A stretch of 64,000 nt of DNA, taken from assembly GCA_963663805.2 (NCBI GenBank), contig CAXXMR010000013.1:224001-288000 (forward strand). The letters run 5' to 3'. The translations under genes and the position numbers were made by a program. The notes beneath the pieces are model-generated. The model saw only the letters and a list, made by a program, of their open reading frames with translations, had not been told where the DNA came from and did no database searches. Below are positions 28,941 through 39,688 of this stretch, one piece after another (position 1 is the stretch's first letter; each line of letters begins with the position of its first letter). This DNA is from Sedimentisphaerales bacterium (lineage in GTDB: Bacteria > Planctomycetota > Phycisphaerae > Sedimentisphaerales > SM23-30).

Positions 28941-29921
28941 ATGGCAAAAAAAATCACCATCATGTTTTCCTGCATCGGCAGACGTGTCAGTCTCTTACGA
29001 AGTTTTCGCCAGGCCGCCCAGAAGCTAGGTCTTGATTGTCGCATAATTGGCACCGATACCCGCCAAACATCACCAGCTCTCCACTGCTGTGACCAGAAAT
29101 ATGTCGTTAGACCGGTAAAAGAACGGGGATACGCTGCCGAAATAACCCGCATTATCCAGAAAGAAAAAGTCGACCTGCTCGTTCCTACCGTAGACCTCGA
29201 CCTGGCAATTTGGGCTCGGCAAAACGCTCAACTCAAAAAAGTCGGTTGCACCGTACTCATCTCCAAACCGGGCGTTATCAAAATCTGTCAGGACAAACGC
29301 CTCACCTTTGATTTCCTCAAAAAACACGATTTTGGCACACCATGCACCCTGACTCCTCAGCAAGCTCTCAAGGAAAAAAAATTTCCCTATTTCCTCAAGC
29401 CCTGGGACGGCCACGCCAGCCGTGGCAACGCACTGGTAAATGACCTGGAAGAATTAAAATTTTACGCCAAACGTATTCCAAACTGTCTTGTCCAGGAATT
29501 TATCGACGGGCAGGAACATACCGTTGATGTCCTGATAGATTTCGATGGTGAAATTCGCTGCATAGTTCCTCGCCGACGCATCGAAACTCGCTCCGGCGAA
29601 GTCAGCAAAGGAATAACCGCCAAAAATCCCATCGTCATCCAACAGTGTAAAGAACTCATCGAAGCTCTCGCCGCCGGCCCCGGTGTCGTTACTATCCAAT
29701 GTTTCGTTACACTTGAAAACAAAGTCAAATTCATCGAGATTAACCCCCGCTTCGGCGGTGGCGTACCCTTATCAATCAAAGCCGGAGCAAACTTTCCCCG
29801 CTGGATTATCCAGTGGTGGCTCGGGCAAAATCCCAAAATCAAACCCGACGCCTGGCAGGACAACCTGCTCATGCTCCGCTACGATGACGCCGTTTGGGTT
29901 CCAAACAAAGGAACAAGCTAA
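28941..29921 (+). CDS. ATP-grasp protein (carbamoyl-phosphate-synthase-like, polysaccharide-associated)
   Basis: GRRVSL, ICQDK, LKPWDG, VQEFIDG, IEINPRFGGG. Confidence 0.85.
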   Translation: MAKKITIMFSCIGRRVSLLRSFRQAAQKLGLDCRIIGTDTRQTSPALHCCDQKYVVRPVKERGYAAEITRIIQKEKVDLLVPTVDLDLAIWARQNAQLKKVGCTVLISKPGVIKICQDKRLTFDFLKKHDFGTPCTLTPQQALKEKKFPYFLKPWDGHASRGNALVNDLEELKFYAKRIPNCLVQEFIDGQEHTVDVLIDFDGEIRCIVPRRRIETRSGEVSKGITAKNPIVIQQCKELIEALAAGPGVVTIQCFVTLENKVKFIEINPRFGGGVPLSIKAGANFPRWIIQWWLGQNPKIKPDAWQDNLLMLRYDDAVWVPNKGTS

Positions 29922-29967
29922 ACGTAACTATTTGCCTTCTCCTCCTTAATAATACGAGAACAAAATA

Positions 29968-31164
29968 ATGATGATACAGGCCCTTATTTTTGGCGATAAA
30001 TATACCGTATGGGAAATCCTGGCCAATTACTGGCCCATTTTCCCCGTAGCTTTCCTGACATCGCTCATCGCTACACCTGTTTGTCGTAGCGTTGCCCTCA
30101 AACTGAACATTGTCGACCGACCTGACAATAAGGTTAAGACCCACGCCCAAGCCACCGCCTACCTCGGCGGAGTTGGTATTATGGGTGGGTTCCTCGTTGG
30201 TATATTCATCGGTTTTGTCATGCTCTTCAAATACGGCTCGTATGTTAGCCCTGAAGTTGCTGACCAGGCTGGCGGATATTCTGGCAAATACCCAAGTTGG
30301 CTATTGCTCGCTGGTATCGGCCTGGGCGCTTCCGTTGCCTGCATGGTAGGCCTGCTTGATGACATCCTCGACCTGAGGCCCAAACAGAAATTCATCGGCC
30401 AGGCCCTCGCCGCAGCAATCCTGCTCGTCGTCGGAATTAAGCCGGATATTGCAGCGACTCTTTCCGCCTGTGGCATCCATATTTCACCCACGGTCAATAT
30501 GATTTTATCCGTCCCTGTTGTTCTGTTCTTCATCCTTGGTGCAACCAACAGCCTTAATCTTCTCGACGGCCTTGACGGACTGTGTGGGGGAGTGACAGCC
30601 ATTATTACCACAGCCCTGCTGTTGGTCGCTATAAGCCTGGCCACCTGGTCTCACAGTCACGTAGCCGACCCGGTTCGAGTGATTGTCGCTTTGGCACTGG
30701 TAGGCGCCACGCTCGGATTCCTCCCCTTGAACCGTCACCCCGCCAAAATCTTCATGGGCGACGCCGGTAGTGTGCTGCTCGGTTTCGTCGTTGGTACTCT
30801 AATGATTCTCCTGCTCGAAAAAGTCGGACGCTGGTCCGTTGCTTCCATCATCATCTTCGGCCTGCCCATCCTCGACACTGCCGTCGCCCTCGTCCGCCGA
30901 GCCCTCAACAAACGTCCTTTGTTCGTCTCCGACCGCGGCCACATCTACGACCAGCTCATGGACCGCGGCCATTCTCTGACCAAATCCGTAAAAATCTGCT
31001 ACACCCTGGCAGCCCTCTACGCCCTCATAGGCCTGGCCGTTCTGCCTCTGCGTTTTCGCTACAGCATAATAGTTTTTGTACTTGTTTTTGCAATATCAGG
31101 CTTGATTGTCTGGCGTAAAGGGTTCCTCAAAATGAAACCACTCAATGACCAGCAGTCTAAATAA
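29968..31164 (+). CDS. WecA/TagO-family undecaprenyl-phosphate GlcNAc-1-phosphate transferase
   Basis: GLLDD, NLLDGLDGL, IFMGDAG, DRGHIYD; multiple TM segments. Confidence 0.92.
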   Translation: MMIQALIFGDKYTVWEILANYWPIFPVAFLTSLIATPVCRSVALKLNIVDRPDNKVKTHAQATAYLGGVGIMGGFLVGIFIGFVMLFKYGSYVSPEVADQAGGYSGKYPSWLLLAGIGLGASVACMVGLLDDILDLRPKQKFIGQALAAAILLVVGIKPDIAATLSACGIHISPTVNMILSVPVVLFFILGATNSLNLLDGLDGLCGGVTAIITTALLLVAISLATWSHSHVADPVRVIVALALVGATLGFLPLNRHPAKIFMGDAGSVLLGFVVGTLMILLLEKVGRWSVASIIIFGLPILDTAVALVRRALNKRPLFVSDRGHIYDQLMDRGHSLTKSVKICYTLAALYALIGLAVLPLRFRYSIIVFVLVFAISGLIVWRKGFLKMKPLNDQQSK

Positions 31165-31186
31165 ATCGAACTAATCCGGTATCGAA

Positions 31187-32731
31187 ATGCCCCAGGACAA
31201 AACATCAGCTATCAACCCGGCCCCTCAACCCGGCCTTGGACGCGAATACCTTGCGATTTTCATCCCTGCCGCCCTGCTCTATTTTGCAACCACCGCACCC
31301 GGCGTACTCTGGCAGGACAGCGGTATGCTCCATATCCGAGTTTGCCTGGCTGACTACACCGGCGACCTCGGCCTGGCACTTAGCCATCCCGTATATTTTC
31401 TCATGGCACGCTTTTGGGCCGCGCTAATCCATTTCGGTGATTACGCCTGGCGTATAAATCTCTTCTCCGCCCTCGCCGCCGCCCTTACCATTGCCAACCT
31501 TTACCTGATAATCAGACTATTCAAATTCGACCGCTTCCCCGCCATACTAGCGACCCTCACCCTCGCTTTCGCCCATACCTTCTGGTTCCACGCCGTCCTC
31601 GCCGAAATCTACACCCTCTGCACAATGTTTCTTTCGTTCGAAATCATCTGCCTGACTCAATACTTCAATACAAACAAAAAATCATATCTCTACCTGATGT
31701 TCTTCCTTAACGGCCTCGCCGTCGCCAACCACAACCTCGCTGGCTTGGCCCTGTTCTGCTACGCACTGCTGGCCCTCTATCTGCTGTTCACAAAAAAACT
31801 AAAATTAACCTCCTGTTTTATCATTCTTATTACCTGGATGATAGGTGCCCTGCCATTCGAATACCTCATAATCCGCGAAATCATCAACGGCTCCACCATC
31901 CCCGTCGCCTTACATTCCGCCGCCTTCGGTGAATATCAAGGCAGCGTACTCAGCACCGAAATTCCGTTCAGTCGCGTAATGCTCTACGTCCTCATGAATT
32001 TCCCCACCCCGAATTTGCTGTTGTTTTTCCCCGGCCTTATCTACCTCATCCGTGGCCGTACCACTCTGAATAACCGTCCTCTGGAACTAACCCTGCTCGG
32101 CCTGCTGGCGGTTTACCTCATTTTCGCCATCCGCTACAAAGTCCCCGACCAGTTCGCCTTCTTCGTTCCGGCCTATCTGATGATGGTACTTACCATTGCC
32201 CTTGCCGCCCAAAAACTAATCAAACCCAAACCCGGCAATATCACTCTTGCCATAATCTTCGCCTGCCTGCCCATATTAGTCTACGCGATAGGCCCCCAAG
32301 TCGCCCGCGCTCGCCACATCGCCGTTCCCGGCCTTACTCGCGAAGTACCATTTCGCGACCCTTACACCTATTTTCTCCAACCCTGGAAAACCCGCGAAAC
32401 AGGCCCCCAGCAATTCGCCCAGGCCGTCGCCCAAACCGTCCCGCCCGGCAGTATCATCATCGCTGACAGCACAACCATGCGACCCTTACTCTATAATCGC
32501 ATCGTATATAACCAGTTCCCCGAAATAATCCTGCTGACCCAGAGCGGTACACCCGCCGACTGCCCATCCAAACCGCCTATGCTAACCGAACAGAACATTT
32601 TCGAAGAACTAAGCCGCACTAATATCTACATCGTAACCCCCCAAAAAGGCTACGCCCCCCAATGGCTGCTCGACACCTGCCAATTCACCCCCGCAGACCC
32701 CATCTACAAGATCAGCCCGAAGAACCCCTGA
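31187..32731 (+). CDS. DUF2723 / GT-C fold membrane glycosyltransferase-like protein
   Basis: APGVLWQDSG, SHPVY, AEIYTL, ANHN; multiple TM segments. Confidence 0.7.
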   Translation: MPQDKTSAINPAPQPGLGREYLAIFIPAALLYFATTAPGVLWQDSGMLHIRVCLADYTGDLGLALSHPVYFLMARFWAALIHFGDYAWRINLFSALAAALTIANLYLIIRLFKFDRFPAILATLTLAFAHTFWFHAVLAEIYTLCTMFLSFEIICLTQYFNTNKKSYLYLMFFLNGLAVANHNLAGLALFCYALLALYLLFTKKLKLTSCFIILITWMIGALPFEYLIIREIINGSTIPVALHSAAFGEYQGSVLSTEIPFSRVMLYVLMNFPTPNLLLFFPGLIYLIRGRTTLNNRPLELTLLGLLAVYLIFAIRYKVPDQFAFFVPAYLMMVLTIALAAQKLIKPKPGNITLAIIFACLPILVYAIGPQVARARHIAVPGLTREVPFRDPYTYFLQPWKTRETGPQQFAQAVAQTVPPGSIIIADSTTMRPLLYNRIVYNQFPEIILLTQSGTPADCPSKPPMLTEQNIFEELSRTNIYIVTPQKGYAPQWLLDTCQFTPADPIYKISPKNP

Positions 32732-32784
32732 CCCTCACGGCGATCAATCATTACAATACGTACCGTTGTTTAAAGTTTTAAAAG

Positions 32785-33522
32785 ATGGACCAGTCAACCA
32801 GCCAATATGTTCACGCCGAGCACATCGCCCGCGAATACGACAGCTATTTCCAGGGCACCGAGCTGTTCGAATACGACAGCCGGGTCCTGCGTCGCTGGTT
32901 CCCCCGGCCTGGCCGACTCATAGACCTCGGCTGCGGTACAGGCCGCCACCTTGCCGACTTTGCCCCGCTGGGCCACGACCTCACCGGCATAGACCTTTCA
33001 CTCGCCATGCTCGACCACGCCGCCCGCAAAGCCCCAGCCGCCCGACTCTTCCAGATGGACCTCGCTAACCTCAACATCGACGAACTGGGCCGCAACCGAT
33101 ACGATTACGCTATTTGCATGTTCAGCACCCTGGGCCTCATCAAAGGTCGCCAAAACCGCCTGACGACCTTACGGAATTTCCGCGACCTGCTCGCTCCTCA
33201 AGGCCAACTCGCCCTGCACGTCCACAATTACTGGTACAACATCTGGCGACTGGAAGGCTGGGAGTTCCTCATTCGCAACTACCTCGCCTGCCTCACCGAC
33301 CGAGCCGAACCCGGCGACAAATACCTCTCGACCTACCGCGGCATAAAAAAAATGTACATCCACGTTTTCACCTCAGACAGTATCCGCCAGCTGCTAACCG
33401 AATCTGGATTTGAACTAACCGAGATCATCTACCTGAACCGAAAGAGAAACGCCCCCCTGAAATCAAACCTATGCCCCGAACTAAGAGCTAACGGCTTCCT
33501 CATAAAGGCAAGCCCCAGATAA
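32785..33522 (+). CDS. Class I SAM-dependent methyltransferase
   Basis: LIDLGCGTGRH, GIDLSLAML. Confidence 0.9.
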   Translation: MDQSTSQYVHAEHIAREYDSYFQGTELFEYDSRVLRRWFPRPGRLIDLGCGTGRHLADFAPLGHDLTGIDLSLAMLDHAARKAPAARLFQMDLANLNIDELGRNRYDYAICMFSTLGLIKGRQNRLTTLRNFRDLLAPQGQLALHVHNYWYNIWRLEGWEFLIRNYLACLTDRAEPGDKYLSTYRGIKKMYIHVFTSDSIRQLLTESGFELTEIIYLNRKRNAPLKSNLCPELRANGFLIKASPR

Positions 33523-33623
33523 ATCTTCATTTTAGTCTTGGCTGTGTAAGATATTCAGAAAAGATAGCAAATGCTTAGTTTTTTGATTTTTGTAGAGGAA
33601 ATCACGGTATTTGGCCTAAAAAA

Positions 33624-34484
33624 TCAAAGTTGGGAAGTAGAAATTGGTTTGTGCCAGACGTTCATGCTTTCGATTTTACCGGCGATGTTGGTGTTGTTGA
33701 TTAGTCGTCCGGTGTATGTATATCCTTGTCGGGCGAAGGTGATGTTCATTCCTGCTGAGGCTGACCGGGCGATGGTGTAGGCGGTTTTGAAGGCTTGCCG
33801 GGCGAGTTGGTTGTCCATGTATGCCAGGAGTTTTTGGGCGTAGCCGCGGCTGCGATATGAGGGCAGGGTGGCGAAGTCGGTCATCTCTACACTAGCGGAA
33901 TCCGGGTCGGTCTCGGCAGAGGAAAGCGACACTAAATTGCCGTCAAGTTCGATGCCGTAGTAGATGATATTTTCGTTCATGGTCTGTTTGAGGTATTCCG
34001 GTTCGTGAATGGGGAAGGGATAGGACGCGAAAACTTTCTGATAGATTTCGGCCATTCGTTCAGCGTCTTCGGGTTGACATATTCGCATTACGGCCCCTGG
34101 CTCTAAGGGTTGGTCGGGGCGTTTTGGGCGACTTTTTTGTTGGGCTAGTTTCAGGTTTTGTTCGAGCTGTTCTTTTTCCTTTTCGAGTTTGCGTTGATTG
34201 TCCAGATAGAAACCCAGGAAGACCGCGTCGGTGCGGCCCTGATAGAATTCAGGTATTTCGGCTTCTTGTTCGTAGCCAGCGTTCATAAACGGTTCTGCGT
34301 CGGCGCGGGGGATCTTGGCGAAAATTTTGGTATATCCCTGCTCCTGAGCCAACTGATTAAGGGCGGGTACGAGTTGGGCGGGTTCGGCGTTTTTGATTTT
34401 CATGAGATATATTCGTTGGGAAAGCGGCCCGTGCTGGATGAGGGCGTTTTTGAATATTTCTATTTTGTCTGGTGTTTGTGTCAT
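33624..34484 (-). CDS. ablB: Beta-lysine N6-acetyltransferase
   Basis: RIYLMK, GYTKIFAK, VFASYPFPI, VEMTDFATLP, NNTNIAGKIESMNVW; same operon as the lysine 2,3-aminomutase. Confidence 0.9.
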   Translation of the reverse strand: MTQTPDKIEIFKNALIQHGPLSQRIYLMKIKNAEPAQLVPALNQLAQEQGYTKIFAKIPRADAEPFMNAGYEQEAEIPEFYQGRTDAVFLGFYLDNQRKLEKEKEQLEQNLKLAQQKSRPKRPDQPLEPGAVMRICQPEDAERMAEIYQKVFASYPFPIHEPEYLKQTMNENIIYYGIELDGNLVSLSSAETDPDSASVEMTDFATLPSYRSRGYAQKLLAYMDNQLARQAFKTAYTIARSASAGMNITFARQGYTYTGRLINNTNIAGKIESMNVWHKPISTSQL

Positions 34485-34485
34485 G

Positions 34486-35916
34486 TCAGGTGGTTTTCTT
34501 TGCGGTTGCAAGTGAGACAACAATGTATATGAGGGCTGAAATTGCTATGCCGTAGAAACTGGCATCAAGGCCTATGTTAGCGATCTTAGCGGGCAGTTTA
34601 ACGACTTTTGTCAGCAGCAGCAGAGTTGTAATACCACCGGTGAGCATGGCGGCGAGGGCGGCTGCTGATGTCCCTTTTTTCCAGAAGTACGCGCCCAGGG
34701 TGGGTATAAACAAACCGGATACCATAAAGGCATAGGCGTAAAGAATGGCATCCAGTACGGTATTGAACTGGGCGGCGAGAATGACTGCCAGAGCGCCGAT
34801 GATGAATGTGGCGAGCATTGAAAGTCTGATGCTGGCTTTGGTGGAGAGGTTTGGTGCGAAATATCTTTCGATAACATCATTGACGAAATTTCCCGACGAG
34901 GCCATCAGGCAACTATCGGCGGTGGACATGATTGCTGAGAAGTAAGATGCGATTACGATACCGGTGACACCTATAGGCAGGATGTCGCGGATGAGCATGG
35001 GCATGGCCATTTCGGCTTCAGCCTGGGGGAATACGACCCGGGCGCACATGCCGAGAAAGACTCCGGTAAAGGCCATTATAGGATATTCGAAGATTCCGGC
35101 GATATACCAGGCTCGGCGTGCTTCCTTTTCGTTTTTGCAGGCGTACATTCTCTGGTAGAGGGTCATGCCGATAATCCAGATGGGGATAATTGTGACCATC
35201 CAATTAATAAAAGTGACTGGTTTGATATTGGTGAGGGTAAAAAATTCTTTGGGCAGATTTTCTTTAAGAGCCTCGATGCCGCCGATTTCGTGGAGTGTTA
35301 CGGGTATGGTTACAAACAGCAAACCCGACAAGAGCAGGGCCCATTGGATAGTGTCGGTGTATATTACCGCTTTGAGCCCGCCGACTACGGTGTAAAGTAT
35401 GGTGATGGCCGCGATTGCCAGGAGTGCGAAAGTTACGGGGGCTATGCCGAAGGGATTGGTTTGAAAAATTGTCGCTGAGGCTAGTTTAGCACCGGCCAGC
35501 ATTTGGGCTCCGGTAAAGCCGAGATAGCCGATGCCGGAAATCAAGGCGGTGACCAGAGCTACTTTGTTATTGTAGCGATGGCGCAGGAAATCGGGGTAGG
35601 TAAAAAAATCGTGTTTAGCGTCCAGCTTTTTAATCCGAGGGATAATGAGTACGGCTGTAATCCAGGCACCTACCAGTCCGGTGAAGAGCAGCCAGCTGCC
35701 GGAAAGTCCCATGGCGAATCCTACGCCGCCCAGTCCGATAGAGAATCCGCCTCCGACATCAGTGGCGACGATAGAGAGTCCGACGTGCGAGGCCTTGATG
35801 GAGCGGCTGCCGACGTAATAATCTTCAGTGCTTTTGTTGCGGAAGAAATGGTAGAAGCCGACGGCGAGTACGCCGAGCATGTAAACAATAAAAATCAGGT
35901 AGTCGATCAATGCCAT
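34486..35916 (-). CDS. Sodium:solute symporter (PutP/SSS family)
   Basis: [32 protein letters not shown]; many TM segments. Confidence 0.92.
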   Translation of the reverse strand: MALIDYLIFIVYMLGVLAVGFYHFFRNKSTEDYYVGSRSIKASHVGLSIVATDVGGGFSIGLGGVGFAMGLSGSWLLFTGLVGAWITAVLIIPRIKKLDAKHDFFTYPDFLRHRYNNKVALVTALISGIGYLGFTGAQMLAGAKLASATIFQTNPFGIAPVTFALLAIAAITILYTVVGGLKAVIYTDTIQWALLLSGLLFVTIPVTLHEIGGIEALKENLPKEFFTLTNIKPVTFINWMVTIIPIWIIGMTLYQRMYACKNEKEARRAWYIAGIFEYPIMAFTGVFLGMCARVVFPQAEAEMAMPMLIRDILPIGVTGIVIASYFSAIMSTADSCLMASSGNFVNDVIERYFAPNLSTKASIRLSMLATFIIGALAVILAAQFNTVLDAILYAYAFMVSGLFIPTLGAYFWKKGTSAAALAAMLTGGITTLLLLTKVVKLPAKIANIGLDASFYGIAISALIYIVVSLATAKKTT

Positions 35917-36044
35917 TTTTGTGGTCCTGTTTTTTTATGCGTATCTTGTTAAATTCTAAACTACAAACAACGAAAACTGAAATATTTAGCTACGGATTAC
36001 ACGGATTTTTTATTAAGACATAAGATATAAGATGTAAGTTATAA

Positions 36045-37399
36045 CTCAAACTGACCGATTTTATGCCGCAAGGAGTTTTTCCAGGCGGCGGATAACTTTT
36101 TTATCATGAGACACTTTAATAACATTTTGAACCTCCTGATTCCAGACAATCTGGTGCATTTGAGCTTTGAGTTGGCTGATCGGCGGCACAGACAGCATAT
36201 TCTTGGTATCGTTTTTATGGCCTTGTGCACGTTGGTCATTCAGGCCAACATGGGTCAGGCAGGCATAGGCACTATCGACCAGGGACAGGTGTCTAACTAT
36301 CGCCCGGTACCGCCAAACACGGTAATCGCCCAGTCCCAGATGCTGTTTCTGTTCTTTGATCATCACCTCAATTGCCCAACGCTTCAGATAGCGGCTGACA
36401 ATTTTCTTCGTCGACAAGCGCAGGTCGTTCGTAACCAGAGCAATCACATTACGATCGTTCCGGCGCTTGGAGAACACAACTTTAACTTCGCCAAGTTTAT
36501 TCATCACTCCAGCACGCTGAGCGAGTTTGTAGGAGGAGGTTTTACGCAGCCCCTTAATGCTATGCCAACTGCCAGTTCGGTTCAAAATATTCTTACCGTA
36601 TTTGCCAATCTTATGTTTGGTCGAACTAACGGTAAGCCAGCGATTCGACTTGCTAACCCCAATATAACGCCATTTCCTTGCTTTACAGGCATTGACAACC
36701 GCAGGACAAAGATAGAACGCATCGAACAAAACAGTGACATCAAATTTCTCGGGAATTTCTGCTGTCCGAACAATTTGCCCGGCCAGTTCCGTAAGTTTTT
36801 GGAAGGGAACCTTAAGTTCTTTGACATGTTCTTTTTTGACGTACAGCCAGGAACCCAAAGGTATAGTTACGCCTCGGTAAAACAGACAAGCTTTGACAAT
36901 GGTATGGCCCATGCAGTATTTCCCGGAGGCATGATGATGTATCTTGCCGACCGCCTGCATCTTCTTGGCCCGCTTGATCGTTTGAGTGTCGTCGATAATC
37001 AGCAGACAGTCTTTGCATCCTTTTTTGAAGAGACCACTGAGCATTCCGACAGCCTGACCTTTAACCACAGCCATCTCGTCAAAGTCACTGCGCCAAAGAA
37101 ATTCACCGTGATTGGTGCGGTGAGTAGCATTGCGCAAGAGCTTTACCAGCCTGTCGATGGTACTACCGTGGCTGATACAAATAGCAATCACCATATTGCA
37201 ATAATAAGAATAAACGTGAGCCGAAACCAGGCTTTTGGTCGGCCGAAAAAAAGTTTTGACTTTTTGAGGAATTTTGCCGATAGTAAGCATAAGGCCTCCT
37301 TGCCAGTAAATGTTGGTTTGCACTACATTTATCGGCTCGAAAGGCCTTTTTTGTTCAACTATCAATACCATCAAAATCCCTTCAATCGGTCAGTTTGAG
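36045..37399 (-). mobile_element. IS701-family insertion sequence
   Basis: Perfect terminal inverted repeats CTCAAACTGACCGATT (36045-36060 and 37384-37399), flanked on both sides by the palindrome TTATAA (candidate target duplication). Confidence 0.9.
36061..37290 (-). CDS. IS701-family DDE transposase
   Basis: LIIDDT, VLFDAFY, RWAIEVMIKEQKQHLGL; GGAGG before ATG 37290. Confidence 0.9.
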   Translation of the reverse strand: MLTIGKIPQKVKTFFRPTKSLVSAHVYSYYCNMVIAICISHGSTIDRLVKLLRNATHRTNHGEFLWRSDFDEMAVVKGQAVGMLSGLFKKGCKDCLLIIDDTQTIKRAKKMQAVGKIHHHASGKYCMGHTIVKACLFYRGVTIPLGSWLYVKKEHVKELKVPFQKLTELAGQIVRTAEIPEKFDVTVLFDAFYLCPAVVNACKARKWRYIGVSKSNRWLTVSSTKHKIGKYGKNILNRTGSWHSIKGLRKTSSYKLAQRAGVMNKLGEVKVVFSKRRNDRNVIALVTNDLRLSTKKIVSRYLKRWAIEVMIKEQKQHLGLGDYRVWRYRAIVRHLSLVDSAYACLTHVGLNDQRAQGHKNDTKNMLSVPPISQLKAQMHQIVWNQEVQNVIKVSHDKKVIRRLEKLLAA

Positions 37400-37573
37400 T
37401 TATAAGATTAACGGCGAGGTTCTTTCGCCCCTTCGGGGTCTTTTAGAGAAAAAGTTGTGACCGGTTACGATAATTGTTTTTGAGGTAAACCGGGATTTGT
37501 GGTTTTTGTATCCGACTGCTTACGCAGTTCGGCTTTTGTTGGTTTGATTGTTTTTGTGGTTGATTTTTCTTGT

Positions 37574-38881
37574 TTATTCGTTGCGTCGGTCGTGTCTTTC
37601 GTTGGATGATGGTACTAGCGAGATGGTTTTGTCATGGTCCGAGAGCAGCTGTTCGATGCCGAGAACATTGGTTTCCTGAGCATCTTCGAGGCTGAGCTGG
37701 AGGTCACATTTGTCGCAGTTTCGGTCACAGAATTTTGCTTCATAGGAGTCTGGCTCCCTATAGGTTGTGATGACTCCTTCATAGTTTCGCAGTACGACCT
37801 TATTGGTTGACCAGGAAATGAGGTAGTTGGGCATGACGGGGATTTTGCCGCCTCCGCCGGGCGCGTCGATGACATAGGTGGGCACGCAGAAGCCGCTGGT
37901 ATGGCCGATGAGGCTTTCGAGGATTTCAATTCCTTTGCCCACTGGGGTGCGGAAATGGTCCAGGCCTTCGGATAAATCACACTGATACAAATAATAGGGA
38001 CGCACTCTGTTATATACCAGTTTATGGACAAGTGATTTCATGATTCTGGGGCAGTCATTGACACCAGCCAGCAGAACCGACTGGTTGCCCAGAGGGATGC
38101 CGGCGTCGGCGAGCATTGCCAGGGCCCGTCGCGACGTGGTGGTTAGTTCGCGGGGATGATTAAAATGGGTATTAATCCAGACGGGGTGATGTTTTTTGAG
38201 GACATTCACCAGGTTTTCGGTGATTCGGTAGGGCAGAACGACGGGGGTTCTGGTGCCGATACGGACAATTTCGACATGTTCGATTTTGTTGAGTTCGGTG
38301 AGAATCCAGTCGATTCTTTCGTCGCTGAGCAGGAACGGGTCTCCGCCGGAGAGCAGTACGTCGCGTACCTGTGGAGTGTTTTTGATGTATTCAATTCCGT
38401 CGAGCAGTTGATTTTTGTCGGGTATTGAGTCGATATCTCCGACCTGCCTTTTACGGGTGCAATGGCGGCAGTACATCGAACAGGTATTACTCACGAGAAA
38501 CAGAACGCGGTCGGGGTAGCGATGGGTTATTCCGGGTACAGGTGAGTCTTCGTCTTCGTGGAGCGGGTCGGACATGTCTGATGGACAGATTTGCAGTTCC
38601 AGAGGCGAAGGGAATGACTGCTTGAAAACAGGGTCGTTTTCTAAATCGCGTGGATTGATGAGCGAGAGGTAGTATGGTGTTACACTCATGGGGAATTTGG
38701 CTATGGTTCTTTTGAACGCCTCGCGCATTTCGTCATCCAGTCTTACGTTGAGGAGTTTTTCGAAGGTGTCGAGGTCTTTGATGCAGTGTCGCATCTGCCA
38801 TTTCCAGTCGGTCCAATGCGAGCTGGTGACCTTGTCGTCCATGTAGTCGATTATTTTTTGTTGTCTTATCGTCAGCTTCAT
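37574..38881 (-). CDS. ablA: Lysine 2,3-aminomutase
   Basis: [36 protein letters not shown]. Confidence 0.95.
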   Translation of the reverse strand: MKLTIRQQKIIDYMDDKVTSSHWTDWKWQMRHCIKDLDTFEKLLNVRLDDEMREAFKRTIAKFPMSVTPYYLSLINPRDLENDPVFKQSFPSPLELQICPSDMSDPLHEDEDSPVPGITHRYPDRVLFLVSNTCSMYCRHCTRKRQVGDIDSIPDKNQLLDGIEYIKNTPQVRDVLLSGGDPFLLSDERIDWILTELNKIEHVEIVRIGTRTPVVLPYRITENLVNVLKKHHPVWINTHFNHPRELTTTSRRALAMLADAGIPLGNQSVLLAGVNDCPRIMKSLVHKLVYNRVRPYYLYQCDLSEGLDHFRTPVGKGIEILESLIGHTSGFCVPTYVIDAPGGGGKIPVMPNYLISWSTNKVVLRNYEGVITTYREPDSYEAKFCDRNCDKCDLQLSLEDAQETNVLGIEQLLSDHDKTISLVPSSNERHDRRNE

Positions 38882-38896
38882 GATTTATCCTTATAG

Positions 38897-39415
38897 TTAT
38901 TCCGAAGTGTTAAGGTTTGTTTCAGTGATAAGGTTAGGTGAGGCCTGAAGATGGTCGGCCTCCATTAGTGATACGATTCTCTCCAGCGACAAAGTTATAG
39001 CGGCTTGTTCGAGTTCGGGCAGATTTTTGAGGGCCAGGGCAAAGCGTTCCTGCAGGAGTGACGGGCCGGTCTGAGTGAAGTCCCGGCCTGCGGTTGTTGG
39101 TTCGAGGAAAGTTTTACGGCGGTCTGTCACGTCACGGCGTCGGAATATTAGTCCTTTTTTTTCGAGGCGGTCGATTATGCCGTTTACGGTACTGGAGCCG
39201 ATACTGACCTGTTGGGCCAGCTGTATCTGGGTCAGGGGCTGATTCTTTACGATGGCGTGCAGGCAGATAAGCTGGGGGGCGGTGATATGGAATTTCTGGT
39301 TGAGGCTGCGGGAGTGGATGTCAACCGCCCGGATGATTCGGCGTAGAGAGCGTAGAATACGTAAGTCATATTCCAGTAATGACTTATCGGGCAGGGACTC
39401 GTTAATGTTTCTCAT
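38897..39415 (-). CDS. MarR-family (EctR-like) regulator
   Basis: LRRIIRAVDIHSR, ITAPQLICL, GIIDRLEKKGLI, DRR. Confidence 0.9.
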   Translation of the reverse strand: MRNINESLPDKSLLEYDLRILRSLRRIIRAVDIHSRSLNQKFHITAPQLICLHAIVKNQPLTQIQLAQQVSIGSSTVNGIIDRLEKKGLIFRRRDVTDRRKTFLEPTTAGRDFTQTGPSLLQERFALALKNLPELEQAAITLSLERIVSLMEADHLQASPNLITETNLNTSE

Positions 39416-39450
39416 AAAACAGCTTTTCCTTATTGACTGTACCCTCCCTC

Positions 39451-39500
39451 AAAATACTTCTAACACGAATGATTTTATGACGAAGCATCATTTTTGTCAA
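39451..39500 (-). promoter_or_regulatory. Consensus sigma70 promoter of the marR-ablA operon with overlapping imperfect palindrome
   Basis: TTGACA-17 nt-TAAAAT on the minus strand (39500-39472); aaaatacttc-taacac-gaatgatttt (39451-39476) is a candidate MarR operator. Confidence 0.65.
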
Positions 39501-39688
39501 GTTTATTATAATATTTTGTAAAATAAGGATTTATGGTAATAATCCGTCAGGTTTGGTGTAATTTGCTGATAGTGGGGTTTATTGGGCTTGACCGGGGGTG
39601 GTGATTTGGGTTTTAATCGCCCTTTCGCTGTGATTGAGCGATATTTGCTATCCTGGATTGGCAGGGCACTTATTAGAGGTTTTAGTAT

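Noticed and set aside
33523..33623. oriC at the GC-skew switch
   Set aside because: Only a ~100-bp spacer between convergent genes, with no DnaA-box cluster or dnaA/dnaN nearby, and the skew flips again elsewhere.
36106..37398. 430-aa + strand ORF spanning the IS
   Set aside because: It lies antisense to the transposase and has no recognisable motifs.
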